Positions 53,154 to 62,125 of a stretch of DNA of 64,000 bases are shown here, in pieces (position 1 is the first letter of the stretch; each line of letters begins with the position of its first letter). Below the pieces are notes generated by a model. It did no database searches and was not told the origin of the DNA. It saw nothing but the letters and a program-made list of their open reading frames with translations. Position numbers and translations under genes: made by a program. The stretch comes from Candidatus Kapaibacteriales bacterium (GTDB taxonomy: Bacteria; Bacteroidota; Ignavibacteria; Kapaibacteriales; UBA2268), in NCBI GenBank assembly GCA_965661945.1, contig CBFIFP010000001.1, positions 638,531 through 702,530 of the forward strand, in the 5' to 3' direction.

Positions 53154-54005
53154 TTATAACTTTTTAGAGTATTCTTCTAAAAATTTTTGTTCAACTTTTG
53201 TTAATGAAGAAAACCCATTTTCTGTTATTTTATCTAAGATATAATTCATTCTTTCTTCATTAATATTTGGATCGGCAGATATTAGGTTAATCTCTTCTTT
53301 TCTTCTGTTATGTTCTTTTATTACAGAAGTTGAAGCTGATATCATTTCTAATGTAGGAAGTTCATCTTCTTCAATTATATCTTCTATTTTAGGTTGTTTT
53401 TTCAAATTTTGTTTTTTCAATAAATAGACCTGTAAGTAAACAACACATGCGTTTGTGATACCAAGCCCTGCGAGTATGAAAGTATTTAAAATCTCTTGAG
53501 AGCCATACAAGTAATAATTAAATCCTTGAAAAGCTGACCAGGAAAACATAATAGCAAGTAGAGTATATTTGCTTAGGTTTAAGTTAAAATTCATAAATCT
53601 TACTTTATAATCTTTATGAAGAAGGAAATGTAAAAATAAAATAAAGAAAGATATTCCGTCTGTTCCAGAAATTATTGAATTTGAATCAACAAGAGATATA
53701 ACTACTCCATGAGATGCGATTATAAGTATATAAAATATAGGAACAATACTAAATTTATAAAAATTTTCGAGATTTGGAGATAAAAATGTAAATACAAAGG
53801 TGAATAGTAACAATGAAGCTGAACTATTATATTTAAGTGGATATGTTAATATTTTCCATATATCTTGAATAGATTGAACTTCGCTTGTAACTAACATGAA
53901 AATAGAACCTAACTTACCATCTGAGATTAAGTCTAATAAATAAACTATCAACACAAAAAGTAATATAAATCTCGATTTATTGTTTTTTTCTATCTTATAA
54001 TTCAT
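53154..54005 (-). CDS. Polytopic membrane protein, possibly rhomboid-like, with a soluble C-terminal tail
   Basis: About 6 TM helices. The tail NYILDKITENGFSSLTKVEQKFLEEYSKKL resembles, from memory, the C-terminal motif seen on some Bacteroidota rhomboid-family proteins. No clear GxSG/H catalytic pair seen. Confidence 0.4.
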   Translation of the reverse strand: MNYKIEKNNKSRFILLFVLIVYLLDLISDGKLGSIFMLVTSEVQSIQDIWKILTYPLKYNSSASLLLFTFVFTFLSPNLENFYKFSIVPIFYILIIASHGVVISLVDSNSIISGTDGISFFILFLHFLLHKDYKVRFMNFNLNLSKYTLLAIMFSWSAFQGFNYYLYGSQEILNTFILAGLGITNACVVYLQVYLLKKQNLKKQPKIEDIIEEDELPTLEMISASTSVIKEHNRRKEEINLISADPNINEERMNYILDKITENGFSSLTKVEQKFLEEYSKKL

Positions 54006-54478
54006 TTTAGTTTTTCTAATAACTCATCTACTTGGCTAATATCAACATTTTCATAAAATTGTTCGTTTATTGCAATCATTGGCGCGCCACCACAAGCTCC
54101 CATACATTCTACTTCCTCTAAGGAGAAATTCAAATTTTCTGTTGCTTCGTTGTGTTTTATGTTTAGTTTATTAGAAACGTGTTCAAAAATCTCGTCACCT
54201 TTTCTAAGCATACAAGAGACATTAGTGCAAACTTGAACGTGGTTTTTGCCCATAGGTTTTTTAAAATACATTGTGTAGAAAGTAGCGACTCCATAAACGT
54301 GAGAATACGGTAAGTCAAGTAATTCTCCAACATATTCCATTACTTCTTTTGACAACCATCCCCATTTTTTTTGAGCCATCCAAAGAATTGGCATTATTGC
54401 TGATTTGGGGTCTGGATATTTAGATTTATGACTTTCTACTGTTCTTAATTCTTCTTCATTGAAATTGATTTGACTCAT
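54002..54478 (-). CDS. nuoE: NuoE-like thioredoxin-fold [2Fe-2S] protein (NADH-quinone oxidoreductase subunit E family)
   Basis: AIMPILWMAQKKWGWL, VCTNVSCMLRKG and ECMGACGGAPM supply the four cluster cysteines. No other nuo genes are in the window. Confidence 0.75.
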   Translation of the reverse strand: MSQINFNEEELRTVESHKSKYPDPKSAIMPILWMAQKKWGWLSKEVMEYVGELLDLPYSHVYGVATFYTMYFKKPMGKNHVQVCTNVSCMLRKGDEIFEHVSNKLNIKHNEATENLNFSLEEVECMGACGGAPMIAINEQFYENVDISQVDELLEKLK

Positions 54479-54552
54479 TATTTACCATATTTTAAAAAAT
54501 TAATTTCCAAAATTACAAAATAATTCTGAATTTCTTGAATAAAATAATCAAC

Positions 54553-54571
54553 TATAATTGATAATTATCAG
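54553..54571. promoter_or_regulatory. Fur-box-like AT-rich palindrome (TATAATTGATAATTATCAG)
   Basis: Contains GATAATTATC (GATAAT / ATTATC hexamers), ~80 nt upstream of the nuoE-like start. Chance occurrence in AT-rich DNA is plausible. Confidence 0.2.
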
Positions 54572-54685
54572 TATTAACGAAATTGAAAAGATTTTATTTA
54601 TAATATTTTAAAATTGTGTAAAATCAATATATTTTTTTAGTTTTTAAATGGAGACTTTTCAATTAGCACATTATTAAAGGAAATA

Positions 54686-55378
54686 ATGAAAAAAATATTA
54701 TCTTTTATATTTTTATTAGCGATTTTAGCTTCTTGCTCAACAATATCTTATTCTCCTAAAATAACTTTAGATGTTAGTCCAAAAACTATTGAAAAAAAGG
54801 TTCAAATTGATAGATTTGAAGATTTAACTGATTATAAATCGCGAAAGAATCCTTTAATGGGGGTTAATTTAATCAATTCTAAATCTTTAGTTGGTGAATT
54901 AGATTTGGAAATAACAAATTTGCTTATTTCTGATTTTCAAGTAAATCAAGTGTTCAAAGAAGCAAATAGAAAAATAGATTCACCTGATTACATTCTTAGG
55001 GGAAAGATTCTGAAATATAGTTCTGTAGCAAAACCAAATGCGTTTTCATATTTTGCATCAACAGGAGGATTAGTTTTATATTTCTTTGGCTTTGGAGCCT
55101 TTGAGGCAACAGGGAATACTGCCTATTTAGCGTTTGGTATTCCTTTTGTTCTTCCATTTTTTGGTGTTCCTGTAAATGTTAATGAAGTAGAAATTGAACT
55201 TGAAATAGATGTTTATGATTCTAAAGATATTTTAATAAAAAAATATAAGGTGGGAAAGGGTTATAGAGAATCTTATACTATTTATAATAATAATATTTTA
55301 GCACTTCAAAGTCAGACAAACAAAACATTATCTGCTGTTATTCAGGAATTACGAAATAAAATTTTAGCTGATTTCTAA
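54686..55378 (+). CDS. Hypothetical lipoprotein
   Basis: Lipobox LAILASCST. AAGGAAA SD. Confidence 0.45.
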   Translation: MKKILSFIFLLAILASCSTISYSPKITLDVSPKTIEKKVQIDRFEDLTDYKSRKNPLMGVNLINSKSLVGELDLEITNLLISDFQVNQVFKEANRKIDSPDYILRGKILKYSSVAKPNAFSYFASTGGLVLYFFGFGAFEATGNTAYLAFGIPFVLPFFGVPVNVNEVEIELEIDVYDSKDILIKKYKVGKGYRESYTIYNNNILALQSQTNKTLSAVIQELRNKILADF

Positions 55379-55383
55379 TTGGC

Positions 55384-55848
55384 TTGATTTTTGGTCTATA
55401 TTTATTTATGAGGGAATTTTACAAAAAGTATTTTCATATTGAAGATAAAAAACCACGAAAAATTAGATTTTTTTTTCTGATTTTATTTACTAACGTGGTT
55501 ATAATTTATTTTATTTTAAATAAGAAATTACCTGATTCAGAGCAGATAGATATTGAGTTAAAAAGTAGTAAATTAACTACAACATTATCAAAATTACCTT
55601 TGAGTGATAGAATGGAAATGTTGGGTAATTTAGATGAGTTGGAGTATATTGTGCAAGCAGATGTAATAAATAAAAGTCAGAGTAATACTTTTTTATTTGA
55701 GGCATTTATAATCTTTGGAGATTCTATTATATCCCAACAAAAAACATTTTCATTAGATAGTAATAAGTTAGAAGATATAGAGATTATATTTCCTAAAATG
55801 AAGAAAATTCAAGGTAAAAGGTCTTACAAAATTGGAGTTGTTAAATAG
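55384..55848 (+). CDS. Hypothetical membrane-anchored protein
   Basis: ORF with one TM (FFFLILFTNVVIIYFIL). TTG start. Confidence 0.35.
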   Translation: MIFGLYLFMREFYKKYFHIEDKKPRKIRFFFLILFTNVVIIYFILNKKLPDSEQIDIELKSSKLTTTLSKLPLSDRMEMLGNLDELEYIVQADVINKSQSNTFLFEAFIIFGDSIISQQKTFSLDSNKLEDIEIIFPKMKKIQGKRSYKIGVVK

Positions 55849-57688
55849 CTTTCTCCCCCACTACCAAAAATCCATAATTTTTAAATATTACTTTTTCATT
55901 TTCAAAATCAATGTTATTTGAAAATAATATTTCATTTTTATTATTAACTATAATATTATCAACTTTTTCAGATGAATGATTGAAAATAATAGTGTAATTC
56001 TTTATGTTAGTTTTTAAGGTTAATTCATAAGTGTAGTTTTGTAAATCTTTTATTGTGATTTCTCTTTCATCTTCTAAATTAAACAGAGTGTTTACTTGTT
56101 TTATAAATGAAATTATAGACTCACCAACCCAATTGAATTTAACATTTGAAAATAATGCTAATTTATCTGATGGAAACTCTAATATTTGCTGGTCAGTAAA
56201 CTGCAAGCCGGTATTTATTGGATTACTTTCGCAAATCTCAAATCCAGAATGTATATACTTTTCAGAAGGTAAAAAATGATATATTATAAAAATCATTTTA
56301 AGATAATTTATATCATTAATTCTCATTAATGCTCTTGGCGTGTTGTGGTTTTCAGAAGTTCCAAAGAAATTTATTGGAATATCTTTATTTTCTATTCGTT
56401 TAATTAATTCAAAAAGTTTTACGGGCAGGTGAGAGTCAAATATCGCATACCCCAATGTAGATGAGTATGTCTTAGCTGATTCTTCGGATAAGTTAAAACT
56501 CTCTTCCCAAAAAATAAAGTTATTTTTTCGTGTCTTTGCTTTTTTAATAATTTCTTCCAACAATTCTTCGGGCAAAGAATGTCCCATATCTATCATTGCA
56601 CCGTCAATATCAAACTCATCTATATAGTATGGAATTATATTGCTCAAATAGTCCCAAAGGTCTTGTTGTTTATTTTTAGTTTGAGCTAACCTATAATCAT
56701 ACATTCTTACTGTGTTGTATGCTATATAGTTAAAATCTTTATTATCATGGTATAACTTAAAATAAGTAACATCGTTCCATGCTGGTTGATTATCGTCTGG
56801 AGGCCAGTCTGCAAAAGCAGGTGCAATCTTGACTTCATTTGATTTTTTGGGTTTTGGTAAATGTTCTAATAGCCCAATTATCTTATATTCTACTCTTGCA
56901 ACTTTATATGGTGTTTTTGTGAATTGATTTCTATATTTTTCATCTGGTTGAATTAAATTTCTATAATCTTTTTCATTAATTTGTTCTTTGATTTTTTTGA
57001 GTTGTTTGTCCGAAAATTTGGGAGAAGTATATCCCCAACCCTTACCATCTGATATTTTTATGGAATTTTTAATCCAGTAAAACCAATTCGGGTTTGTTAG
57101 AGTTAAGTCAGAATCAATACTTGCAATTCTGAAAACAAATTCTTGAATTATCTTAATGTTGCATAGATGACACGCTTCAATGAATGCTTTATATTGGTCT
57201 TCGATAGTCAAATCTGATAGTATTTTTTCACCAAGATTTTCATCTAATTTATAATGATTTCTAATTGCGTAAGGTGAACCCAAAGTGCCTTTTTTACCAT
57301 CAATACCATTTGAGTTTACTGGTAGAATATGGATTTTACTAATACCAATTGAAGTTAAGTATGGTAAAAATGCAATTGCTTTTAAAAATGTCCCTAGTTC
57401 ACTAAATAGTTCTCTATCGAAACTCTTTTGATTAATATTAAACTTATGCTCGAAAGATAAAGTTGCTCTGATAAACATATTATAGGTATAATTACCTTTA
57501 GAACAATACTTTTTGTTAATAATATCTTGCAAGATAGATAGATAATGGTCGAATGGATTTACTTCTACAGTTCCACTGATATCGCATTCACTGAGCCAAC
57601 AATTTGGAATAAAATAGGTTATAGTTTTATTCTTGTATTCTTGTTTTTTAAGAGATAGAATTTCTAATATTTTTTGAAGATTTTTCAA
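55841..57688 (-). CDS. GH13-superfamily, GlgE-like protein (possibly non-canonical active site)
   Basis: Segments are collinear with my memory of GlgE/alpha-amylase regions: GISKIHILPVNS, GTLGSPYAIRNHYKLDENLG, IKIIQEFVFRIAS, DIDGAMIDMGHSLP, NFIFWEESF, TSENHNTPR. Confidence 0.5.
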   Translation of the reverse strand: MKNLQKILEILSLKKQEYKNKTITYFIPNCWLSECDISGTVEVNPFDHYLSILQDIINKKYCSKGNYTYNMFIRATLSFEHKFNINQKSFDRELFSELGTFLKAIAFLPYLTSIGISKIHILPVNSNGIDGKKGTLGSPYAIRNHYKLDENLGEKILSDLTIEDQYKAFIEACHLCNIKIIQEFVFRIASIDSDLTLTNPNWFYWIKNSIKISDGKGWGYTSPKFSDKQLKKIKEQINEKDYRNLIQPDEKYRNQFTKTPYKVARVEYKIIGLLEHLPKPKKSNEVKIAPAFADWPPDDNQPAWNDVTYFKLYHDNKDFNYIAYNTVRMYDYRLAQTKNKQQDLWDYLSNIIPYYIDEFDIDGAMIDMGHSLPEELLEEIIKKAKTRKNNFIFWEESFNLSEESAKTYSSTLGYAIFDSHLPVKLFELIKRIENKDIPINFFGTSENHNTPRALMRINDINYLKMIFIIYHFLPSEKYIHSGFEICESNPINTGLQFTDQQILEFPSDKLALFSNVKFNWVGESIISFIKQVNTLFNLEDEREITIKDLQNYTYELTLKTNIKNYTIIFNHSSEKVDNIIVNNKNEILFSNNIDFENEKVIFKNYGFLVVGEKAI

Positions 57689-57743
57689 GCTATTTATGAA
57701 TTAATGAAAATTCAAAAATACGAAATATAATTTATGGGAGAGT

Positions 57744-58151
57744 TTAAATTTTATTGTTGTGGATTATTTTTTTGTTCATTCCACAGCAATCTGCTAGTTC
57801 TTTTTTGAGAATTAATTTTTCTTCGTCGGTCATTTTTTTTAAATTTTCTACTATTTTTGCAGACTTTGCAGGATTTTGTAGTTTTAACATTAATGAATTT
57901 GTAATTCCAGTTTTAGAAATTCCAAACCTAATTCCAAATACAAATACATATAGGAACGCAATAATACCAGCTGATTCTAAATAATTTAGGCAGGGTATTT
58001 CATATCTGTCTAATATTGTTAGATTACAAATATTTGCAAATACAATAGAAGAAAAAAGCAGTAGCCCACCTGTAAAAACAATAAAGAATACAGAGCGGGC
58101 AATACCACTATTAAATATTTCAAAAAGTTTTGATTTAAACATAAAAATCAA
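57744..58151 (-). CDS. Small membrane protein co-transcribed with ECF sigma 3 (possible anti-sigma)
   Basis: Overlaps the sigma gene by 4 nt. Two TM helices. No anti-sigma motif recognised. Confidence 0.35.
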   Translation of the reverse strand: MIFMFKSKLFEIFNSGIARSVFFIVFTGGLLLFSSIVFANICNLTILDRYEIPCLNYLESAGIIAFLYVFVFGIRFGISKTGITNSLMLKLQNPAKSAKIVENLKKMTDEEKLILKKELADCCGMNKKIIHNNKI

Positions 58152-58705
58152 CTTACATTAAGAGAATCATAAAGTTCTTTTAAATGACTTCTCAGGTGTA
58201 AAACTGCATATCTTTTTCTTGCTAACAATGTATTTATATTTATTCCTGTCATCTTGGACATCTCACGGAAGGAAATACCTTCAAACTCATTACGAATAAA
58301 TACATCTCTTTGCTCATTAGGTAATGTAGATAAGCCCTCTTGAACAGCATCCCATATAGTTTTACGAATAAGACTATTTTCTGGGCTGGTGCTTATATCG
58401 CCTAAAAAATTCTCAAAGCTATCCATACCATCTTCAATCTGACCAGGAGTCTGCAACTCTGAGAAAGTCTCAGCTCTTTTTTTACGATATGTATCAATAA
58501 TTCTATTACGGACAGCAGTGAATACCCAAGAAGCGATATTCTCTATTGGTTTTTGTACATTTCTAGATGCCGCAAGGACATTGGTAAATACATCTTGTAG
58601 AATATCTTCTGCTTCTTCTTGACTTCTTACGCGCTGCCTAATGAATCCTAAGAACTTTTTTCTATCATTTTTAAAAAGTTCTTCAATCTGGAATGCTAAG
58701 TCCAT
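58148..58705 (-). CDS. ECF-type RNA polymerase sigma-70 family factor (module 3)
   Basis: DILQDVFTNVL, WVFTAVRNRIIDTYRKK, and region 4 QRDVFIRNEFEGISFREMSKMTGININTLLARKRYAV. I prefer the ATG at 58705, preceded by GCAGGAGGTACTAAT (strong SD), over the GTG at 58759. Confidence 0.8.
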   Translation of the reverse strand: MDLAFQIEELFKNDRKKFLGFIRQRVRSQEEAEDILQDVFTNVLAASRNVQKPIENIASWVFTAVRNRIIDTYRKKRAETFSELQTPGQIEDGMDSFENFLGDISTSPENSLIRKTIWDAVQEGLSTLPNEQRDVFIRNEFEGISFREMSKMTGININTLLARKRYAVLHLRSHLKELYDSLNVS

Positions 58706-59099
58706 ATTAGTACCTCCTGCATTACTTTTATTATTATTTTTCGTGTTCGTGTTTTTCACTTATATAAAAGACACATCAATTGATAAAAAGTTACAAAATA
58801 TTTTAAAAAAAATGTTTTTCTAATAATTTTCTAATTTATATTACGAAAATATGAAAGAAAAGTTAATATAACAACTATTTTTTTTAACACTGACATAATG
58901 TCATAAAAAAATTTTTGTAATCGCTTTTGTAAGAAATTACAATATTATGCCAATAATGTTTCAAAAGTTGTTTCGGAAAAATGTGATTTTTCTTTAGAAT
59001 ATATAACTTATTTAACTTAGAAATTTTATTAATGGTTGTGATTTCGGTATTGAAGTATTTTTTTACTTAAAATTCTTGTAAAGAATATAAATATTATTT

Positions 59100-59340
59100 A
59101 CAAAGTAATATTAAGAGATTTGCCGAGATGGTCTCTCACTTCATATTCCTTTTGTGATATTCTTCTAGTTGTTGTAAACGTTTCACTTGGTGGATTTATT
59201 GCAACTCAGTATGAAATATTTTCTGGTTTTCAAGTTACGAGATGTCTCTGCACCGTCAAGCCGTAGAGTTAGTTTTCTGCCCCGGAATGGACTTTTGTTG
59301 ATGGTAATTCAACTGATTGGTTGGTGGCAAACTATTGTTA
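59100..59340 (-). other. Locally G+C-richer non-coding patch, possibly decayed Rhs junction remnant(s)
   Basis: The minus-strand frame reads ...SETFTTTRRISQKEYEVRDHLGKSLNITL-stop. Compare TFTTN...EKRYEIKDHLG in the 43-kb copy and DHLGKS in remnant C. A second degenerate copy of the GAGAC(C)ATCTCG core lies at 59238-59253. Confidence 0.25.
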
Positions 59341-59349
59341 TATTAAATG

Positions 59350-60072
59350 CTAATAACAATCTGTATAACCACCATCAACATTAATGTGCTGACCTGTTAT
59401 ATAATTAGATGAAGTAGCGAAAAAATAGACTGCATCAAATATGTCTTTTACATTTCCGTATCTATTAATTGGTATTTTAGTTAAAGCAATTGGCTTTATA
59501 TCAGTTTCATTATCTTCTTCTAAAATGATAAAACCCGGGTTGACTGCATTAACTGTAATATTTGGAGCGAGTTCTCTTGCAAGTGCTTTATTCAACTGGA
59601 TAGAAGATGCTTTTGAAATGTTATAAGCAATTCTATTATCCCAAATCTGCAACCCACCAATTGAGATAATATTTATAATTTTTGAGTTTGGCTTTGCATA
59701 TTTTGCAAATACTTTTGATGTATGAATTAATGAGAAAGTATTTAAAGAAAAGACATTGTTAAGTAATTTAGTATCAATATTTTCCAGTTTTGTTTTTGGA
59801 GGGAATACTCCTGCGTTATTAATCAAAACATCTGCAACTCCAAATTCCTCAAAGCATTGTTTAAAAGTTTCTTCCACTTCAATTTCATTTGTCAAATCTG
59901 CTTTAAAAATATAGCAGTTATAACCAGATTCCTTAATTTCATTATACAAATTATACGCAGATTCTTTGGAAATATTATAATGTATTATAACTTCCCAAGA
60001 ATTTTTTTTAAACAATTTTACAAGTTCTTTGCCAATTCTTCGTCCTGAACCTGTGATTAATACTTTTTTCAT
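59350..60072 (-). CDS. Short-chain dehydrogenase/reductase (SDR) family oxidoreductase
   Basis: Cofactor-binding site ITGSGRRIG, NNAG, and the catalytic YNISK (YxxxK). Confidence 0.85.
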   Translation of the reverse strand: MKKVLITGSGRRIGKELVKLFKKNSWEVIIHYNISKESAYNLYNEIKESGYNCYIFKADLTNEIEVEETFKQCFEEFGVADVLINNAGVFPPKTKLENIDTKLLNNVFSLNTFSLIHTSKVFAKYAKPNSKIINIISIGGLQIWDNRIAYNISKASSIQLNKALARELAPNITVNAVNPGFIILEEDNETDIKPIALTKIPINRYGNVKDIFDAVYFFATSSNYITGQHINVDGGYTDCY

Positions 60073-60087
60073 AAAAAAATAATTAAA

Positions 60088-62046
60088 ATGATAATAATTT
60101 TACTTTTAATATTTACAAATTTAGCAAGTTCTGATGAATATTTCAGAGTTTTTTATAAAGAAAAAGATACTTTAAACTTTGTGCAGGGCAATTCTTATTA
60201 TGAAGAAACTTTGAAATTATTTAATGAGAGAGCAATTAAACGCAGAAATCTTCATCAAAAAAATATTACAATTGAAGATGCAATTATCAATCCCGAATAT
60301 ATTTCTATACTACAATCTTATGACTTAGACATAGTTAGCTCTTCTCGTTGGTTTAATTATACTTTAATTAAAGCAAATGAAGATGTAATTTCTGAATTAG
60401 AAAAGAATGATTTTATAAAAAATATAACAAGAACTACAACTAAATTTAAAAGCCAAAGTTTATTTGAAATAAATTATACTGAAGAAATTTTAGATAAAAA
60501 TAGATATGGTCGTTCTTTACCTCATTCTAATATGCTTAACGTGGATTTTTTTCACTCAATGGGATTTAATGGTGATTCAGTAGTTGTTGGATATTTAGAT
60601 ACTGGTTATAAATTGAATCCGGAGATATTTGATTCAACTCAGTTGCATGCTCAGTATGATTTTGTATATAATGATAATGAGACAGCTAACCAAGAAATAG
60701 ACCCAAAATTTCAAGATTTTCATGGTACAGCAGTTTTATCAACTGTAAGCGCTTACTATCAAGACTCTTTAATTGGTATTGCCAGCGAGTCAAAATATAT
60801 TTTGTCAAAAACTGAAGATATTCGCTCTGAAACAAATATCGAAGAAGATTTTTATCTTTTTGGAGTTGAATGGATGGAAAGCCAAGGAGCAGAAATACTA
60901 AATTCTTCTTTGGGTTATGTTAGTTTTGATTCTTTACAGTTTTCATATAATTATAATAATTTAGATGGAAATACTACTTTAGTAAGTCAGTCAGTTAATA
61001 AAGCAGTTGATAAAGGTATTTTGTTTTTTACATCAATGGGTAACAATGGAGGTTCTGAAAAAACTTTGACTTCACCTTCTGATGCTGATTCGGTTATAGC
61101 AATAGGTGCTCTGGCTTCTGATGGAATTACTCTTGCTGGTTTTAGTAGTAAAGGTCCAAATGCTAAAGGAGATATTCGCCCACATTTAATGGCTCACGGG
61201 CTTAACGTTACTATCGCTACTACTGACACTACTACTTTTTTTGGAAGGAACTCTGGAACAAGTTTTTCATCTCCAATTATGGCAGGTTGTGGAGCTATAG
61301 TTAAGGCAATATATGATATACCGAGCTATCAGATAAAGAACGCTATGATTACAACCGCTAATAATTATGAAAATCCATCAAATACTTTCGGTTATGGTAA
61401 AATAAATATGCAAACTGTTGTAGATACTTTAAGTAAAACTTATGGACCTGCAATTTCCCCATATAATGTTTTTCAAAATGGCGATTATATGAGGGTCGTA
61501 TTTTATGTTTATAGTCCTTATGATGATTTTAAAGTTTTTTTGAAATATAAAAGTAGCGAAAAAGGGTTAGAAACAGAAGTTGAAATGGATTATGGAATTG
61601 AAAATTATCAATTTTATGCTGACATACCTAAGAGTTCTTTTACTGATGATGAAGTGTTTATGAATCTTGAAGTGAGATATAACTTAATAAACAAGTTTTA
61701 CAGTGAAGATTTTGTTAAATTTTCTTTTGGAAATGAGATAATACGTAAGGGTGTGGATAAGTTCTCGATGCCAACGTTAGTTAATAATTTTCAAAAAGAT
61801 ATAAATATTTATATAGCAGATAACGAACTAATTATCGAAAATAATTTAAAAAAAGTTGAAGATTTTGAAATAAATATTTTGGATATTACAGGAAAGTCCT
61901 TATTTTTGTATTCTATTCTACTACGGAATGGTAAAAATGTTCTAAATATACAAAGAAATTTAAACACGGGTTTATATTTAATTACTCTTAGGAGTAAATC
62001 AAATTTTATAACTCGTAAAATAATTTTAACAAATTCGGGATCGTAG
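60088..62046 (+). CDS. S8 (subtilisin-like) serine peptidase with a T9SS-type C-terminal domain
   Basis: Catalytic triad contexts VVGYLDTGY (Asp), HGTAVLS (His) and GTSFSSPIMAG (Ser). C-terminal INILDITGKSLF...NTGLYLITLRSKSNFITRKIIL. Confidence 0.85.
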   Translation: MIIILLLIFTNLASSDEYFRVFYKEKDTLNFVQGNSYYEETLKLFNERAIKRRNLHQKNITIEDAIINPEYISILQSYDLDIVSSSRWFNYTLIKANEDVISELEKNDFIKNITRTTTKFKSQSLFEINYTEEILDKNRYGRSLPHSNMLNVDFFHSMGFNGDSVVVGYLDTGYKLNPEIFDSTQLHAQYDFVYNDNETANQEIDPKFQDFHGTAVLSTVSAYYQDSLIGIASESKYILSKTEDIRSETNIEEDFYLFGVEWMESQGAEILNSSLGYVSFDSLQFSYNYNNLDGNTTLVSQSVNKAVDKGILFFTSMGNNGGSEKTLTSPSDADSVIAIGALASDGITLAGFSSKGPNAKGDIRPHLMAHGLNVTIATTDTTTFFGRNSGTSFSSPIMAGCGAIVKAIYDIPSYQIKNAMITTANNYENPSNTFGYGKINMQTVVDTLSKTYGPAISPYNVFQNGDYMRVVFYVYSPYDDFKVFLKYKSSEKGLETEVEMDYGIENYQFYADIPKSSFTDDEVFMNLEVRYNLINKFYSEDFVKFSFGNEIIRKGVDKFSMPTLVNNFQKDINIYIADNELIIENNLKKVEDFEINILDITGKSLFLYSILLRNGKNVLNIQRNLNTGLYLITLRSKSNFITRKIILTNSGS

Positions 62047-62110
62047 CTCAGTTGGTTAGAGCGCCAGTCTGTCACACTGGAGGCCGAGGGTTCGAGCCCC
62101 TTCGGTCCCG
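62037..62110 (+). tRNA. tRNA-Asp (anticodon GTC)
   Basis: Hand-folded. Acceptor GGGATCG/CGGTCCC, D arm GCTC-AGTTGGTTA-GAGC, anticodon stem CCAGT/ACTGG with loop CTGTCAC, T loop TTCGAGC. No encoded CCA. Confidence 0.9.
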
Positions 62111-62125
62111 CAATTTCAATATAAA

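Noticed and set aside
58840-58867. ECF-type autoregulatory promoter (AAC-N16-CGTAAT) upstream of sigma 3, and GAAC-N17-TGTC upstream of sigma 2.
   Set aside because: The short motifs are not shared between the three sigma upstream regions, and they are easily produced by chance in AT-rich sequence.
59100-59340. RNase P RNA, SRP/4.5S RNA, tmRNA or a cobalamin riboswitch in the G+C-richer patch, and the 65-aa ORF 59187..59384.
   Set aside because: AAAGTCC...GGGCAG...TAAC on the minus strand superficially recalls RNase P CR-I. However, there is no complementary P4 strand, no ACAGAA..GGCUUA element, and the patch is too short. There is no GGAA-tetraloop SRP helix, no tmRNA ends and no B12 box. 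The ORF has no SD or motif and overlaps the SDR gene end.
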